Shown here: positions 46,845 through 58,751 of the stretch, piece after piece | Numbering within the stretch: position 1 is the first letter of the stretch | Layout of the letters: the number at the start of each line of letters is the position of its first letter | Assembly (NCBI GenBank): GCA_052327205.1 | Contig: CM126205.1 | Location: 240,622,001 to 240,686,000, forward strand | Direction of reading: 5' to 3' | DNA length: 64,000 nucleotides | From: Somniosus microcephalus | Taxonomy: Eukaryota | Notes under the pieces: generated by a model | What the model was told of the DNA's origin: nothing | What the model saw: the letters and a program-made list of their open reading frames with translations, nothing else | The model's database searches: none | Program-made: the position numbers and the translations under genes

Positions 46845-47925
46845 CTGCAACAATCTGCGTGGAGAAGTGAATTCTCCTGATGCACTGCTCTTCAGATGGA
46901 TCCGAGAAACTGACCCTTGGCCTGTACACCCTGTGTGCCGGGTAAGGCCTCCAATGAGCAGCCCCCTCACCTGCTGTCTTCGAATAGGCTCAGCTGCTGT
47001 TCATGCTGGTTGCTGAGGTTTCTGCTTCTCTGCCTCCACTCTATCCAAATGAAACTGCCAATAATAGCACACATGATAAGCTGATAGAGCTTACTGAGAG
47101 TAAGTAAGACAAGAAGTATCAGAAAGATGGAACGTGAAAGCTGGAAACACCTGGCATTCCAAGCAGCGCAATGGCACACTGATCCTCGACAGTTGTTTTA
47201 ACTGCCCACCCCTTTCCCACCAGGCGGGCCAGGTTAAAATCGCCCGTATTTTCTTGGGTTAAAGAAAGTACCGACGAAAACTGTGTAGCGTAAAACTTTT
47301 CTTATTGGGATAATGATTGAGTAATGGGAGAAGCTGTTCACATATACATATTCCACTTTAAAATTTAAACAGACCAATCTTTGGAATGCCCAATGAAATT
47401 CAAGTCTTTTAAAATTTGCATTCAGTACTTTTTAAAAAGATTTTGCATTCAGCACTTCTTCAGTTGTGAGAGATTATTGGTGTTGTTAAGATTTACCACA
47501 AGACAGCTTTGTGAGAGTTTTGAAGCCTGTGTGCGTGCAGGTTTGGTAGAGAGAGACTGGCTTTGAAATCAGTCCTGCGTTTTCGAACATTTCACTTTTA
47601 TAAGCATTCAGAGTGCTGAAGTGCTCTCATGGACAGTAGGAAAAGCAATGAATCGCGCCGGCACAGTCAAGCTTCACGTAATTGCAAGCAGCATTAAAAT
47701 CAGTATTGGTGGAAAGGTATCGAGCAATCAGGACTATCAGTGCAAAGGGCGAAGCTCCATATAGGACAGATGCTTTAATGAGGCCATGCGACAAAATGTT
47801 TAGTTCTCCCGATGTAGATCAGCGATTGCATTGAAGGCAGTGATTGCAAACTAATGATGCGTCGGGCCAGTCCCAATATTCGGAAACCATTATACTAACA
47901 CTTCTAATATTTTTTCTCTTTTCAG

Positions 47926-48002
47926 AGGATCTTGCTCGGACTAGTACCTCAATTCCTGATTAATGTAAACAATTATTTATTAGTGCAGACTTTTACATCC
48001 AG
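47926..48002 (+). other. Candidate 77-nt internal exon, probably 5'UTR of the downstream gene
   Basis: Branch point TACTAAC (47893-47899), long pyrimidine tract, CAG acceptor and CAG|GTATCT donor. Upstream donor AAG|GTATCG at 47716/47717. Confidence 0.45.
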
Positions 48003-48581
48003 GTATCTCTGTCTGGGCGTCGGGTCATGTAAAAAATCAGTTTCTTTAATGGCAGGGATTTTAAAGGGCTGCTAGCATAAAAATGATTGTCAGTAATCAG
48101 GGTTTTTCTTGGATTCATGGAGTCAGAAGACAAGAATGTATCACACAGAGGATCAGGCTGATTCCAAAGTCGACAGCTTTGTATTGATTAAGGAAGAGAT
48201 CCGGATTGCTTCGAACGTTTCATCATTGTTCATTGCGTGCTAATCTGGGTCAGTCGGCACGAGTTTTTCTGTGGCCTCTGCTGAGCTCCGCAAAGACTCC
48301 CTGAGAAATAAAACAACTTGCTTTTTCAAATACAAGTTCATAAATCCAGGTCTCCAAAGCCATTATTTTTCAGTCTAAGTGGCAGCTGCAGAAGAAGAAT
48401 TAAATGCAGCAAATTCACGATCGCCATTGATTTTAACGGGGGCAATTGTAATTACCTTCACGGGTAGTAACGGTGGCGCACAAGTCCCACAAATTATGGC
48501 ATAAGTCAATCGTGCTGTAACTTCCTGGAATTTCTGCACCATGCCGTAGATGCACCATTATTATGGTGCAAGTTTTCAGCA

Positions 48582-48633
48582 AATTCCGGCCCTTTATTTC
48601 AGTGGTGAATTCCGGCCCTTTATTTCAGTGGTG
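48582..48633. repeat. Perfect 26-bp tandem duplication at the end of a Harbinger-like remnant
   Basis: AATTCCGGCCCTTTATTTCAGTGGTG occurs twice. Confidence 0.9.
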
Positions 48634-49044
48634 TTCACCAGGCCAGAATTTCCCAAAATGGCAAGAGTATTTCCATAGTGGTAGCTACAATGTACTTTCA
48701 CCTCGCACAGTATCTATCATTACCTGAAGGCAATTCAATTAACCATGATGTAAACCTTGAATGTCACTCAGTGTCACGTGGCACTGATGACACACATTCT
48801 CCAGATTGCAGTCTCTGATGTCCACAATATTGTGGCATTATAACATTGCAGAAGCATCTATTAAAACGTTTTTAATCACAATCCAGTGCTTACTCCAGTA
48901 ATGGAAGTGCATTTTAAGGCCAATCAACATTCCAGTGCTCGAGGCTGTGTAAAATGAATAACTTTTGCAAGTAAATGAAAAATATGAAATTAAACCAATC
49001 AAAGGCGCATGCCTTACATTGCATTGTAAAAATTGCCTTTTTTG

Positions 49045-49999
49045 ATGTATATTAATGACCTGGCTTGGGTACATAGGGCATAATTTCAAAGTTTGCAGCT
49101 GACACAAAATTCGGCAATGTAGTAAACAGTGCGGAGGATAGTAACAGACTTCAGGAGGAAATAGACTGGTGAAATGGGCAGACCCATGGCAGATGAAGTT
49201 TAACGCAGAGAAGTGTGAAGTGATTAATTTTGGTAAGAAGAATGAAGAAAGGCAATTTATACTAAATGGTACAATTTTAAAGGGGGTGCAGGAACAGAGA
49301 GGCCTTGGGGTGTACGCACACAAATCTTTGAAGGTGGCAGGACAAGTTGAGAAGGCCGTTAAAAAGGCATACAGGATCCTCAGCTTTATAAATGGAGGCA
49401 TAAAGTACAAAAGCAAGGAAGTTATGCTAAACCTTTATAAAACATTGGTTAGGCCCAGCTGGAGTATTGTGTGCAATTCTGGGTGCCGCACTTCAGGAAG
49501 GATCTTAAGGACCTAGAGAGGGTGCAGAGAAGATTTACCAGAATGGTACCAGGGATGAAAGACTTTAGATGTGTGGAGAGATTAGAGAAATTGGGGTTGT
49601 TCTCCTTAGATCAGATAAGGGGAGATTTGGTAGAGGTTTTCAAAATTTTATAGGGTTTTGACAGAGTAAATAAGGAGAAACTGTTTCCAGTGGCAGAAGG
49701 GTCGGTAACCAGAGGACATAGATTTAAGTTAATTGGCAAAAGAACCAGAGGCAATATGAGGCAAAAAAAAATTACGCACCAAGTTTTTATGATTTGGAAT
49801 ACACTGCCTGAAGTAGTGGTGGAAGCAGATTCAGTAACAACTTTCAAAAGGGAATTGGATAAATATTTGAAAAGGAAAATTTTGCTGGGCTTTGGGGAAA
49901 GAGCAGAGGAGTGGGACTAATTAGATAGCTCTTTCAAAGAACCGGCACAGGCATGATGGGATGAATGGCATCCTTCTGTGCTGTGTCATTCTATGATTC
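49045..49999 (+). mobile_element. CR1 3' part
   Basis: ORFs 49169-49516, 49471-49653 and 49690-49920. Tail TTCTATGATTC. Confidence 0.92.
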
Positions 50000-52402
50000 C
50001 AAGTACTGGAAGTCCAGATTTGAACCTAGGGCCATAATTTTTGCACACCTGCTTTAGGGGCACAATGTACAATGGATGGTGCAAAGAGCAAGCTGGTATA
50101 TGTTAGCACGCTGGTGAATTCATATAGTGATGGGAGTGACAGATGACGAGGAAACTTTGTGTTCACATGAATGTGTTTAGGAAGTCCTAAACAAAACCTT
50201 ACATTTTTTAATGCTGTAGACTCATATCAAGGTCCTGATATTATGCATCATGCTTTAATGAAAGTTCTGTCAAATATATATTCCCAAATACAGAACAATG
50301 TATTTAAAAGAAAAATATTCAATGATTCACTCAAATTCTGGATTAATAACGAATAAATATTAAAATTAGCACATGCTCCGAAGGCATAAAGAAGTTTTTG
50401 ACATGCATTCATTTCCAATTAACATTTGATCTCAAGTTAAAAGGGTATTCTGAATAATGTCTCCAATTGATCAATATTAAATAATAATGGTTTTAATGTA
50501 ATTGTCAAACAGAGGTTGTTGTTTAATAATATATATCTTGCAACCAAATTGAACTAACATCCATGTCATTCAGTCATTCACTCCTTCAACACCCGTGGAA
50601 ATTAAATAACAATGATTTTTTCATTCACTGTTTATAATCTGCCTGTCCAGCCACCTGTCTCTATTTGGTTTTGTAAATTATTTCTGATTTGGTGTTACTG
50701 TCTAACCAATGCTACTGTTCCATCAGCTTTATTTGCTTCTGTAATATAGCTTCAATTGGGAATCTTTTGTATTATGTTTAACCGTGGTTTCTCTTTTTCT
50801 GTTTTTAAGCATTTTACAAATACTTTGGATAGAATACTTATCAGATGTTACCATCTGTAGCAAACCCTTCTACCGTTTGCTTGGGTGCTAACTATCAGAT
50901 TAGATTAATCACATGACTGACTGCTGGTGGTAGGCCAGAAATGTAATTTCCATTGGCATTAATGAGACTTTGGGAAGTCTAGCCAAGTCGATAAGTAGGG
51001 ACAGTGTGCAACAGAAGAAATGTCTTTTTTGTACACTACTCTAAGAAAACTATTTGAACATACATGGCTTGAGTAACAGGACTCAAACAATGTTGGAGAT
51101 GTGATTTCAAATTTAAAATTTTTAAAAAGACAAAAGGAAATTGTCTTATTTGACTAATGCTGGAAGAGTAGAAAACTGTAAGCAGATTTGGTAATTCTAC
51201 CATTCTATTTTAGAAACCTTATTCTGATAGTAATCAATTGCCATTGGTTTCGTGCCACTGCTAAAAAACATTCACATGCTTTATGCCATTATGGTCAGAT
51301 AAAAATTTGACTGAGACTGGATGATGATGGCCTTTCACCTCTCAGACATGAGCTTAAATCCAGCTTGGCTTAACAGGATGAAAATCTTCCCTGCCTGCTG
51401 GCCCTATGGCCCTGGCACTCTGACACTGCATACTTAAAACATTAAGGTTTGGATTTTCCTTTGACTGGTGGATTAGCAGCAGGGAAGGACGTATGAACAC
51501 CCATGTGACCACGACACTAACCTACTGAGCTCTCCTGAAGTGGCACTCACCAGTTGTGGCGGCTGGGTTTATATTAGTGAAACCACTGTTCATTAGTTTA
51601 CTGTCATTCGATGTGGGGTGGCAGGGTGGGATTTAGTGTTGCGTCAGTGTTTAAAACAGTGCTGTTGATTAAAGGAGCAAATATTTTTGGCAAGGAGTTC
51701 CAGAACAATGCCAAGAATGAGTTAGAAAAGAGGAGCCTTGGTGGGGAAGGGGTCAGCAGGAAGGCTTCCCAAAATTACTGATCAATCGGTTGATGTCCGA
51801 CTCAGAAATATGGGCAAGATGCGCAGAACTTCTGAGGATTGCAAACAAGAAGCCCCATAAGAACATGGTTCAGACATTTATTTATTCATTCATGGGATGT
51901 GGGCATCGCTGGCAAGGCCAGCATTTATTGCCCATCCCTAGTTGCCCTTGAGAAGGTGGTGTTGAGCCGCCTTCTTGAACTGCTGCAGTCCGTGTGGTGA
52001 AGGTACTCCCACAGTGATGTTAGGGAGGGAGTTCCAGGATTTTAACCCAGCAACGATGAAGGAACGGCGATATATTTCCAAGTCAGGATGGTGTGTGACT
52101 TGGAGAGGAACTTGGAGGTGGTGGTGTTCCCATGCGCCTGCTACCCTTGTCCTTCTAGGTGGTAGAGGTCGCAGGTTTAGGAGGCACTGCCAAAGAAGCC
52201 TTGGGGAGTTGCTGCAGTGCATCTTGTAGATGGTACACACTGCAGCCACGGTATGCCGGTGGTGGGGGGAGTGAATGTTTAAGGTGGTGGATGGGGTGCC
52301 AATGAAGCAGCTGTTTGTCCTGGATGGTGTTGAGCTTCTTGAGTGTTGTTGGAGCTGCACTCATCCAGGCAAGTGGAGAGTATTCCATCACACTCCTGAC
52401 TT

Positions 52403-52610
52403 CACACACACACACACACACACACAGAAACCCCACAGTGCAGATAGAGGCCATTTCGGCCCATCGAGCCTGCACTGACACATATCCCACCCGATCCCCG
52501 TAACCCCTACACCAATACATATCCCACCCTATCCCTGTAACCCCACGTATTTAATCCCCCTAACACTAAGGGTCAATTTATCATAGCCAATCAACCTAAC
52601 CCGCACATAT
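52403..52610 (-). mobile_element. 5'-truncated HE1-like SINE with (TG)n tail
   Basis: Matches the 3' half of 55200-55561. (CA)n at 52403-52426 on +. Replaces about 11 bp of the host LINE. Confidence 0.85.
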
Positions 52611-55199
52611 GGTGGAAAGGCTTTGGGGAGTCAGGAGGTGAGACACTTGCCGCAGAATACCCAGCCTCTGACCAGCTCTTGTTGCCACTGTATTTATGTG
52701 GGTGGTCCAGTTAAGTTTCTGGTCAGTGGTGACCCCCCAGGATGCTGATGGTGTGGGATTCAGCGATGGTAATGCCATTGAATGTAATGGGGAGGTGGTT
52801 AGACTCTCGCTTGTTGGAGACAGTCATTGCCTGGCACTTGTGTGGAGCAAATATTACTTGCCACGTATCAGACCAAGCCAGAATGTCGTCCAGGTCTTGC
52901 TGCATGCGGGCATGGACTGCTTCATTATCTGAGGAGTTGCGAATGGAATGGAACACTGTGCAATCATCAGCGAATATCCCCACTTCTGACCTTCTGGAGG
53001 AGGGAAAGACATTGATGAAGCAGCTGAAGATGGTTGGGCCTAGGACAGTGCCCCGAGGAACTCCTGCAGTGATGTCCTGGGGCTGAGATGAATGACCTCC
53101 AACAACCACAACCATCTTCCTTTGTGCTAGGTATGACTCCAGCCAGTGGAGAGTTTTGCCCCCGATTCCCATTGACTTCAGTTTTACTAGGGCTCCTTGA
53201 TGCCACACTCGGTCAAATGCTGCCTTGATGTTAAGGGCAGTCACTCTCACTTCACCTCTGGAATTTAGCTCTTTTGTCCATGTTTGGACCAAAGCTTTAG
53301 TGAAGTCTGGAGCTGAGTGGGCCTGGCAGAACCCAAACTGAGCATCGGTGAGCAGGTTATTGGTGTGTATGTGCCACTTGATAGCACTGTCAACGACACC
53401 TTCCATCACTTTGCTGATGATTGAGAGGAGACTGATGGGGCGGTAATTGGCCTGATTGGATTTGCCTTGCTTTTTGTGGACAGGACATACCTGGGCAGTT
53501 TTCTATATTGTCGGGTAGATGCCAGTGTTGTAGCTGTACTGGAACAGCTTGGCTAGAGGCGTGGCTAGTTCTGGAGCACAAGTCATCAGCACGACAGCTG
53601 AGATGTTGTCGGGTCCCATTGCCTTTGCTGTATCCAGTGCGCTCAGCCGTTTCTTGATATCACGTGGAGTGAATCAAATTGGCTGAAGACTGGCTTCTGA
53701 TGGTGATGACCTCAGAAGGAGGCCGATATGGATCATCCACTCGGCACTTCTAGCTGAAGATGGTTGCAAACGCTTCAGCCTTGTCTTTTTCACTTGCATG
53801 CTGGGCTCCGCCATCATTGAGGATGGCGATATTTATGGAGCCGCCTCCTCGCGTTATTTGTTTAATTGTCCACCACCATTCACGACTGGATGTGGCAGGA
53901 CTGCAGAGCTTTGATCTGATCCATTAATTGTGGGATCACTTAGCTCTGTTTATAGCATGCTGCTTCCGCTGTTTAGCATGCATGTAGTCCTGTGTTGCAA
54001 CTTCCCCAGGATGGCACCTCATGTTTAGGTATGCCTGGTGCTGCTCCTGGCATGCTCTTCTGCACTCCTCATTGAACCAGGGTTGGTCCCTTGGCTTGAT
54101 GGTAATGGTAGAGTGAGGGATATGCTGGGCCATGAGGTTACAGATTGTGGTGGAATACAATTCTGCTGCTGCTGATGGCCCACAGCACCTCATGGATGCC
54201 CAATTTTAAGCTGCTAGATCTGTTCTGAATGTATCCCATTTAGCACGGTGGTAGTGCCACACAACACGATGGAGGGTGTCCTCCGTGTGAAGATGGGACT
54301 TCGTCTCCACAATGACCGTGCGGTGTTCACTGCTACCAATACTATCATGGACAGATGCATCTGTGACAGGTAGATTGGTGAGGACAAGGTCAAGTAGGTT
54401 TTTCCTTCGTGTTGGTTCTCTCACCACCTGTCGCAGGCCCAGCCTGGAAGCTATGTCCTCAGGACTCAGCCAGCTGTTGTGCTAGCGAGCCACTCTTGGT
54501 GATGGACATTGAAGTCCCCCCGAGTACATTCTGTGCCCTTGCTACCTTCAGTGCTTCAACATAGTGGAGTACTGATTCATCAGCTGAGGGAGGGCGGTAG
54601 GTGGTAATCAGCAGGAGGTTTCCTTGCCCATGCTTGACCTGAAGCCATGAGACTTCATGGGGTCCGCAGTCAATGTTGAGGACTCCCAGGGCCCCTCCTT
54701 CCCGACTGTACACCACTGTGCTGCCACAGCTGGTGGGTCTGTCCTGCCGGTGGGACAGGACATATCCAGGGATGGTAATGGAGGAGTCTGGGACATTGGC
54801 TGAAAGGTATGATTCTGTGAGTATGACTATGTTAGGCTGTTGCTTGACTAGTCTGTGGGACAGCTCTCCCAATTTTGGCACAAGTCCCCAGATGTCAGTG
54901 AGGAGGACTTTGTGGGGTTGACTGGGCTGGGTGTGCCGTTTTCATGTCCGAAGCCAGTGCCAAGGTCGATGCCAGGTGCTCCGTCGGGTTTTATTTTTAT
55001 TATTGTTTCTCATAGCGGTTTGTTACAACTGAGTGTCTTGCTAGGCCATTTCAGAGGGCAGTTAAGAGTCAACCACATTGTTGTGGAGTCAGACCAGGTA
55101 AGGACATCAGATTTCCTTCCCTAAAGGACATTGTGAACCAGATGGGTTTTTATGACAATCCAATAGTTTCATGGTTACTAATACTAGCTTTTTACTCCA

Positions 55200-55561
55200 G
55201 CACGGTGGCATAGTGGTTAGCAGTGTTGCCTCACAGCGCCAGGGACCCGGGTTCGAATCCAGCCTCGGGTGACTGTCTGTGTGGAGTTTGCACATTCTCC
55301 CCGTGTTTGCGTGGGTTTTCTCCGGGTGCTCCGGTTTCCTCTCACAGTCCAAAGATGTGCAGGTTAGGTTGATTGGCTATGATAAATTGACCCTTAGTGT
55401 TAGGGGGATTAAATACGTGGGGTTACAGGGATAGGGTGGGATATGTGTTGGTGTAGGGGTTACGGGGATCGGGTGGGATATGTGTCGGTGCAGGCTCGAT
55501 GGGCCGAAATGGCCTCTATCTGCACTGTGGGGTTTCTGTGATTTCTCTGTGATTCTGTGAT
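55200..55561 (+). mobile_element. Full-length HE1-like V-SINE
   Basis: A box TGGCATAGTGG, B box GGTTCGAATCC, V domain, CR1-type tail and TCTGTGAT repeats. Confidence 0.92.
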
Positions 55562-55671
55562 TTATTTAATTAACTGAATTTAAATTCCCCAGCTGTTGTG
55601 GTGGGATTTGAACTCACATCCAGGCCTCAGATTACTAGTCCAGTAACATAACCACTATGCTACCATTCCCA

Positions 55672-55988
55672 GCGCTGTTGAAGAAGCCTTGGCAGTGCCT
55701 TGTAGGTAGTGGAAAGGCTTTGGGGAGTCAGGAAGTGAGACAGTCACCACAGTCTACCCAGCCCCTGACCTGCTCTTGTATCCACACTATTTATGTGGCT
55801 GGTCCAGTTAAGCTTCTGGTCATTGGTGACCTCCAGGGTGTTGATGGTGGGGGATTCAATGATGCTAATGCCATTGACTGTCAAGGGAAGGTTGTTAGAC
55901 TTTCTCTTCTTGAAGATGGTCATTGCCTGGCACTTGTGTGATGCAAATGTTACTTGCCACTTATCAGCCAAAGCCTGAATGTTGTCTA
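55672..55988 (-). mobile_element. Family B LINE RT fragment
   Basis: DNIQALADKWQVTFASHKCQAMTI in ORF 55744-56034. Confidence 0.8.
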
Positions 55989-55989
55989 T

Positions 55990-57430
55990 AGAGGGATGTG
56001 GCAGAGGTCGTGAGTGCAACCTCCACTGCCACATAGTGCTGGAAGAGGTTTAATGATCTCACAGGATTGGCCAAAGTTAATGAAGGCACTGTTTCTCATG
56101 CGCATCCTACAGGAATGAAAGAGGTACGACGCACCACCTTATATCTCATGACCTCTCTTTCTTTACCTGGGTGATGGGAAAACTGGTCTGTTCACAGCAA
56201 AACCTCTGCAAATAATAATGCACCATGTCAACTCCAAACCAGTTTGTGAACTCACATTGCCTGCCACAAATATTAGTTCTGATGGAAAAGTGTTGAAAAG
56301 GAGCCTTCAGGGGATGGGCGCAGACACCAGGGTGAAGAGAAATGTAATTACCAATCATATTCTTTCAGCACTGGTCTCCAGAAGCAAGGAAATGCAACTG
56401 GAAAAGGAACACCTCGTTTGTGAAGTTTGAGTCCATGCAAGGAGAAAACTTTGCAGCTCATTGGAGGGCACACAGGAGAGGTTAGGGGAGATGGAGAATT
56501 GGGAGATGCAATGTCAAGGTAAGGCAAGCGGGGCCACAGTTTGTTTCAGCTTTGTGTGGAATATCAAGAGTATTTCAATGAGCATTGACTGAGCCACTAC
56601 TTCTTCAGAGAAGTTTTTGTGTTTTTAACATCCTTGGGGGAAAGGGAACAACTCTGAGGAGTGACCATGCATTAATGCCTGCCCCTCCTCACCAACTCTG
56701 TCATGGCATCTTGCGTGTTCCAGCACAAACCCAGAAACACCCGCTTAGGAGGAAGTAGTTAGTGAATCAGTAGAGTTTTCACAGGGTGAAGCTCTGACCA
56801 TTAGTGAACATGAGGACGTGGAAGTGGAAAGGGAGGCCAAACTGTTTGCCCTTGGTTGAGGAGTCCAGGGACCTAGGTTTTAGGGGCCCAGTCTTCAAAA
56901 GAACAATGATTAGGGAGCATTGATCTGATGTGCACGTAATGGGGGTACTTTCCATACATATGGCTGAAATAATGGATAAGTGGAAGGAATCCAATACATG
57001 TAACATACGGTAGGAAGCTTGTCATGCCATGCAGAACATCTTGGAAAGGATGGCAGTCCAGAAGATATCTGCGACAGCAAGGCAACAGAAGGAGGTGCTA
57101 AATAAATTAGTGGCTTACAGAGTAGCAGCTATCGCTGCCTCAATAGATGCCTTGAGGGTCAAATTTAATGCAACACTTTTTGCAGGGCTTTCACAGACTT
57201 AACTGGGACTATCCTGTCTGAAATGAGACTGACCAGTTGCACTTCTAAGCCTGTACCCAGCACCAGTGTGCTACAAGGTGTGGTAACAGATGTTTCAGCC
57301 TTTCATGAGAATGACAATGAGCCTACTTCCTTAAGGTTCCCTTCAAAACCAGCACATGAGGGAGCTTTGGACCTGGACATCACTCGACATAGCAAAGGCA
57401 AGGATACTGGAAGCATGACCCTCAGGCACA
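55990..57430 (+). mobile_element. Degraded Harbinger Myb/SANT gene remnant
   Basis: 55998-56080 translates as VAEVVSATSTAT*CWKRFNDLTGLAKV. The downstream extent is inferred. Confidence 0.45.
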
Positions 57431-57432
57431 GT

Positions 57433-58143
57433 GGCCTAGAAATTCGGTTGGCTTTGCGCCCAGTTTTCGCCCAAAGAGGGCTTTTGCGCCAATAGAGGAG
57501 TTCGCGCTGATATTCAGCGCTGCAGTAATGGCGGCGGTAGCCGGTAGCGCTGCACCGGCACCGATGACGTCATCGGTGTGCGCAGTGCCCCGGTTCCGCC
57601 CCGATGCCGGCCCGAATCCCATATTCAGTTGCTGCCGCCTCCTCCGTGGCGGCCGCTACTTACATTCGGAGACCAGGGCCTTACTGCAGCCTTAGTGGGG
57701 CGCATAAAGGTGGAGGTGCGGCCGGCCGCTTTTTCGGCGGCCGCCTACCCGCACCTCCTTCCCCGGCCTCCTCCACCAACCCCCCCCCCCCCCCCCGCGG
57801 CATTGCCGGCTGCTATCCGCGAGCCCGGCACTTCTCCGTGGTGCCTGGCTCATTTGCCGGCACAACCCAGCGGCGATCTTCCCGTTGCAGGCACCTCCAC
57901 CTTAAGAGAAGGAGGAGGCCTGCAGTACCGCAGCCTGCCGCACCGCATCGGGTGGCGCAGCGGCGCCTACAGCGCTGAAATTCAGTTTCAGCGCCCCAAG
58001 CGGGGGCGGCCACACCCTGGAATAGCGCCCGGTTCCGACTTAGGGCGCAAAAACTGAATTTCTGACGGTCGCAAATGGCTCCCCGCCCAGCGCTAACTTT
58101 TGGGCGCAAACCAGCTGGCGGGCCCAAACTGAATTTCTAGGCC
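57433..58143. mobile_element. Young CpG-rich Harbinger MITE (711 bp)
   Basis: 17-bp TIRs GGCCTAGAAATTCGGTT and AACTGAATTTCTAGGCC (16/17 match). 3-bp TSD AGT. Confidence 0.92.
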
Positions 58144-58257
58144 AGTATCTTTACTGAAATGCAAGTCACTTCAATTTGTAAAGGTTCCAGCAGAAATGTC
58201 CCAGTCATCCACCTCTTAACCTCCTGTCACTCAGGGAGCACCGTGTAAGAAGTTAGG

Positions 58258-58380
58258 ATAGAACATTACGAACAGGAGTAGGCCATTCAGTCCCTCGAGT
58301 CTGCTCTGCCATTCAATTAGATCATGGCTGATCTGCACCTTAACTCCATTTACCTGCCTTTGCTCCATATTCTTTAATAT
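58258..58380 (-). mobile_element. CR1 3'-end fragment
   Basis: AGGAGTAGGCCATTCAG...AGATCATGGCTGATCT as at 22785 and 44678. Confidence 0.75.
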
Positions 58381-58717
58381 CCTCATCATGAGTTGGTATG
58401 AATTTAGGCACAAGGGTTAGACATGGTGGTAAGAAGTAATAGTTAGTGTATGAAATGTTGTATATTAAGAGATAAACCTGTACCGTGACAAGAAAGCATT
58501 ATCAGTTTCTGGAGATGGAATCCTCTAGTAGCCTATACAATACAGACATAATTCTTCATAACCAAGGTAGTCAAACATGTCTGAAAGCCTTGGGACTCAG
58601 ACCACTACATATTTTGTTGTAAAGCCAATACTGTTGCTTAAATGTTTGTGGTTTTGATAATTTATGCAGCCAATACTAGTACAATAAGTCAAAGTATAAG
58701 CTAATACTGAATTCCTT

Positions 58718-58751
58718 ATGCATCCTACAAATGGTTTGGTCTATTTTATAG
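58718..58751 (+). CDS. Putative first coding exon (MHPTNGLVYFI, phase 1) of an unidentified signal-peptide protein
   Basis: ATG follows an in-frame TAA (58697). Consensus donor AG|GTAAGT. Phase matches the exon at 62808. Possible acceptor at 58669. Confidence 0.45.

Larger units (their letters stand above)
43900..47245. mobile_element. Second convergent two-gene Harbinger fossil, fragmented by two CR1 and one L2 insertions
   Basis: Myb N-terminus MSQRAPPRFLDAFSDVLVEEVMARREVPFP on + (43915). Transposase pieces on - at 44380-44650 (NGYHSIDVWLVSDH...KYPGSC), 46120-46338 (ALPVAVKVTTVLNFHATGS) and 46845-47070 (YRPRVSFSDPSEEQCIRRIHF). Terminus AAAATCGCCC at 47245. Confidence 0.8.
51877..55670 (-). 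mobile_element. Full-length CR1-group LINE (family B): tRNA-derived head plus one APE-RT region, with two SINE insertions
   Basis: APE remnant 54459-54881 and RT remnant 52723-53409 (FADDCTVF). 3' end at 51877. A box 55652-55662 and B box 55605-55613 on the minus strand. Confidence 0.88.

Noticed and set aside
50810-50884. Alternative phase-1 ATG exon (MLPSVANPSTVCL) after a good acceptor
   Set aside because: The donor TGG|GTGCTA is poor; the 58718 exon has a consensus donor.
55200-55270. tRNA-like sequences here and at 55596-55670 and 3040-3113
   Set aside because: These are SINE or LINE heads with A/B boxes but no complete cloverleaf; not tRNA genes.
57578-58127. Pro/Ala/Arg-rich ORFs of 104-159 aa
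   Set aside because: Artefacts of the very GC-rich MITE interior.
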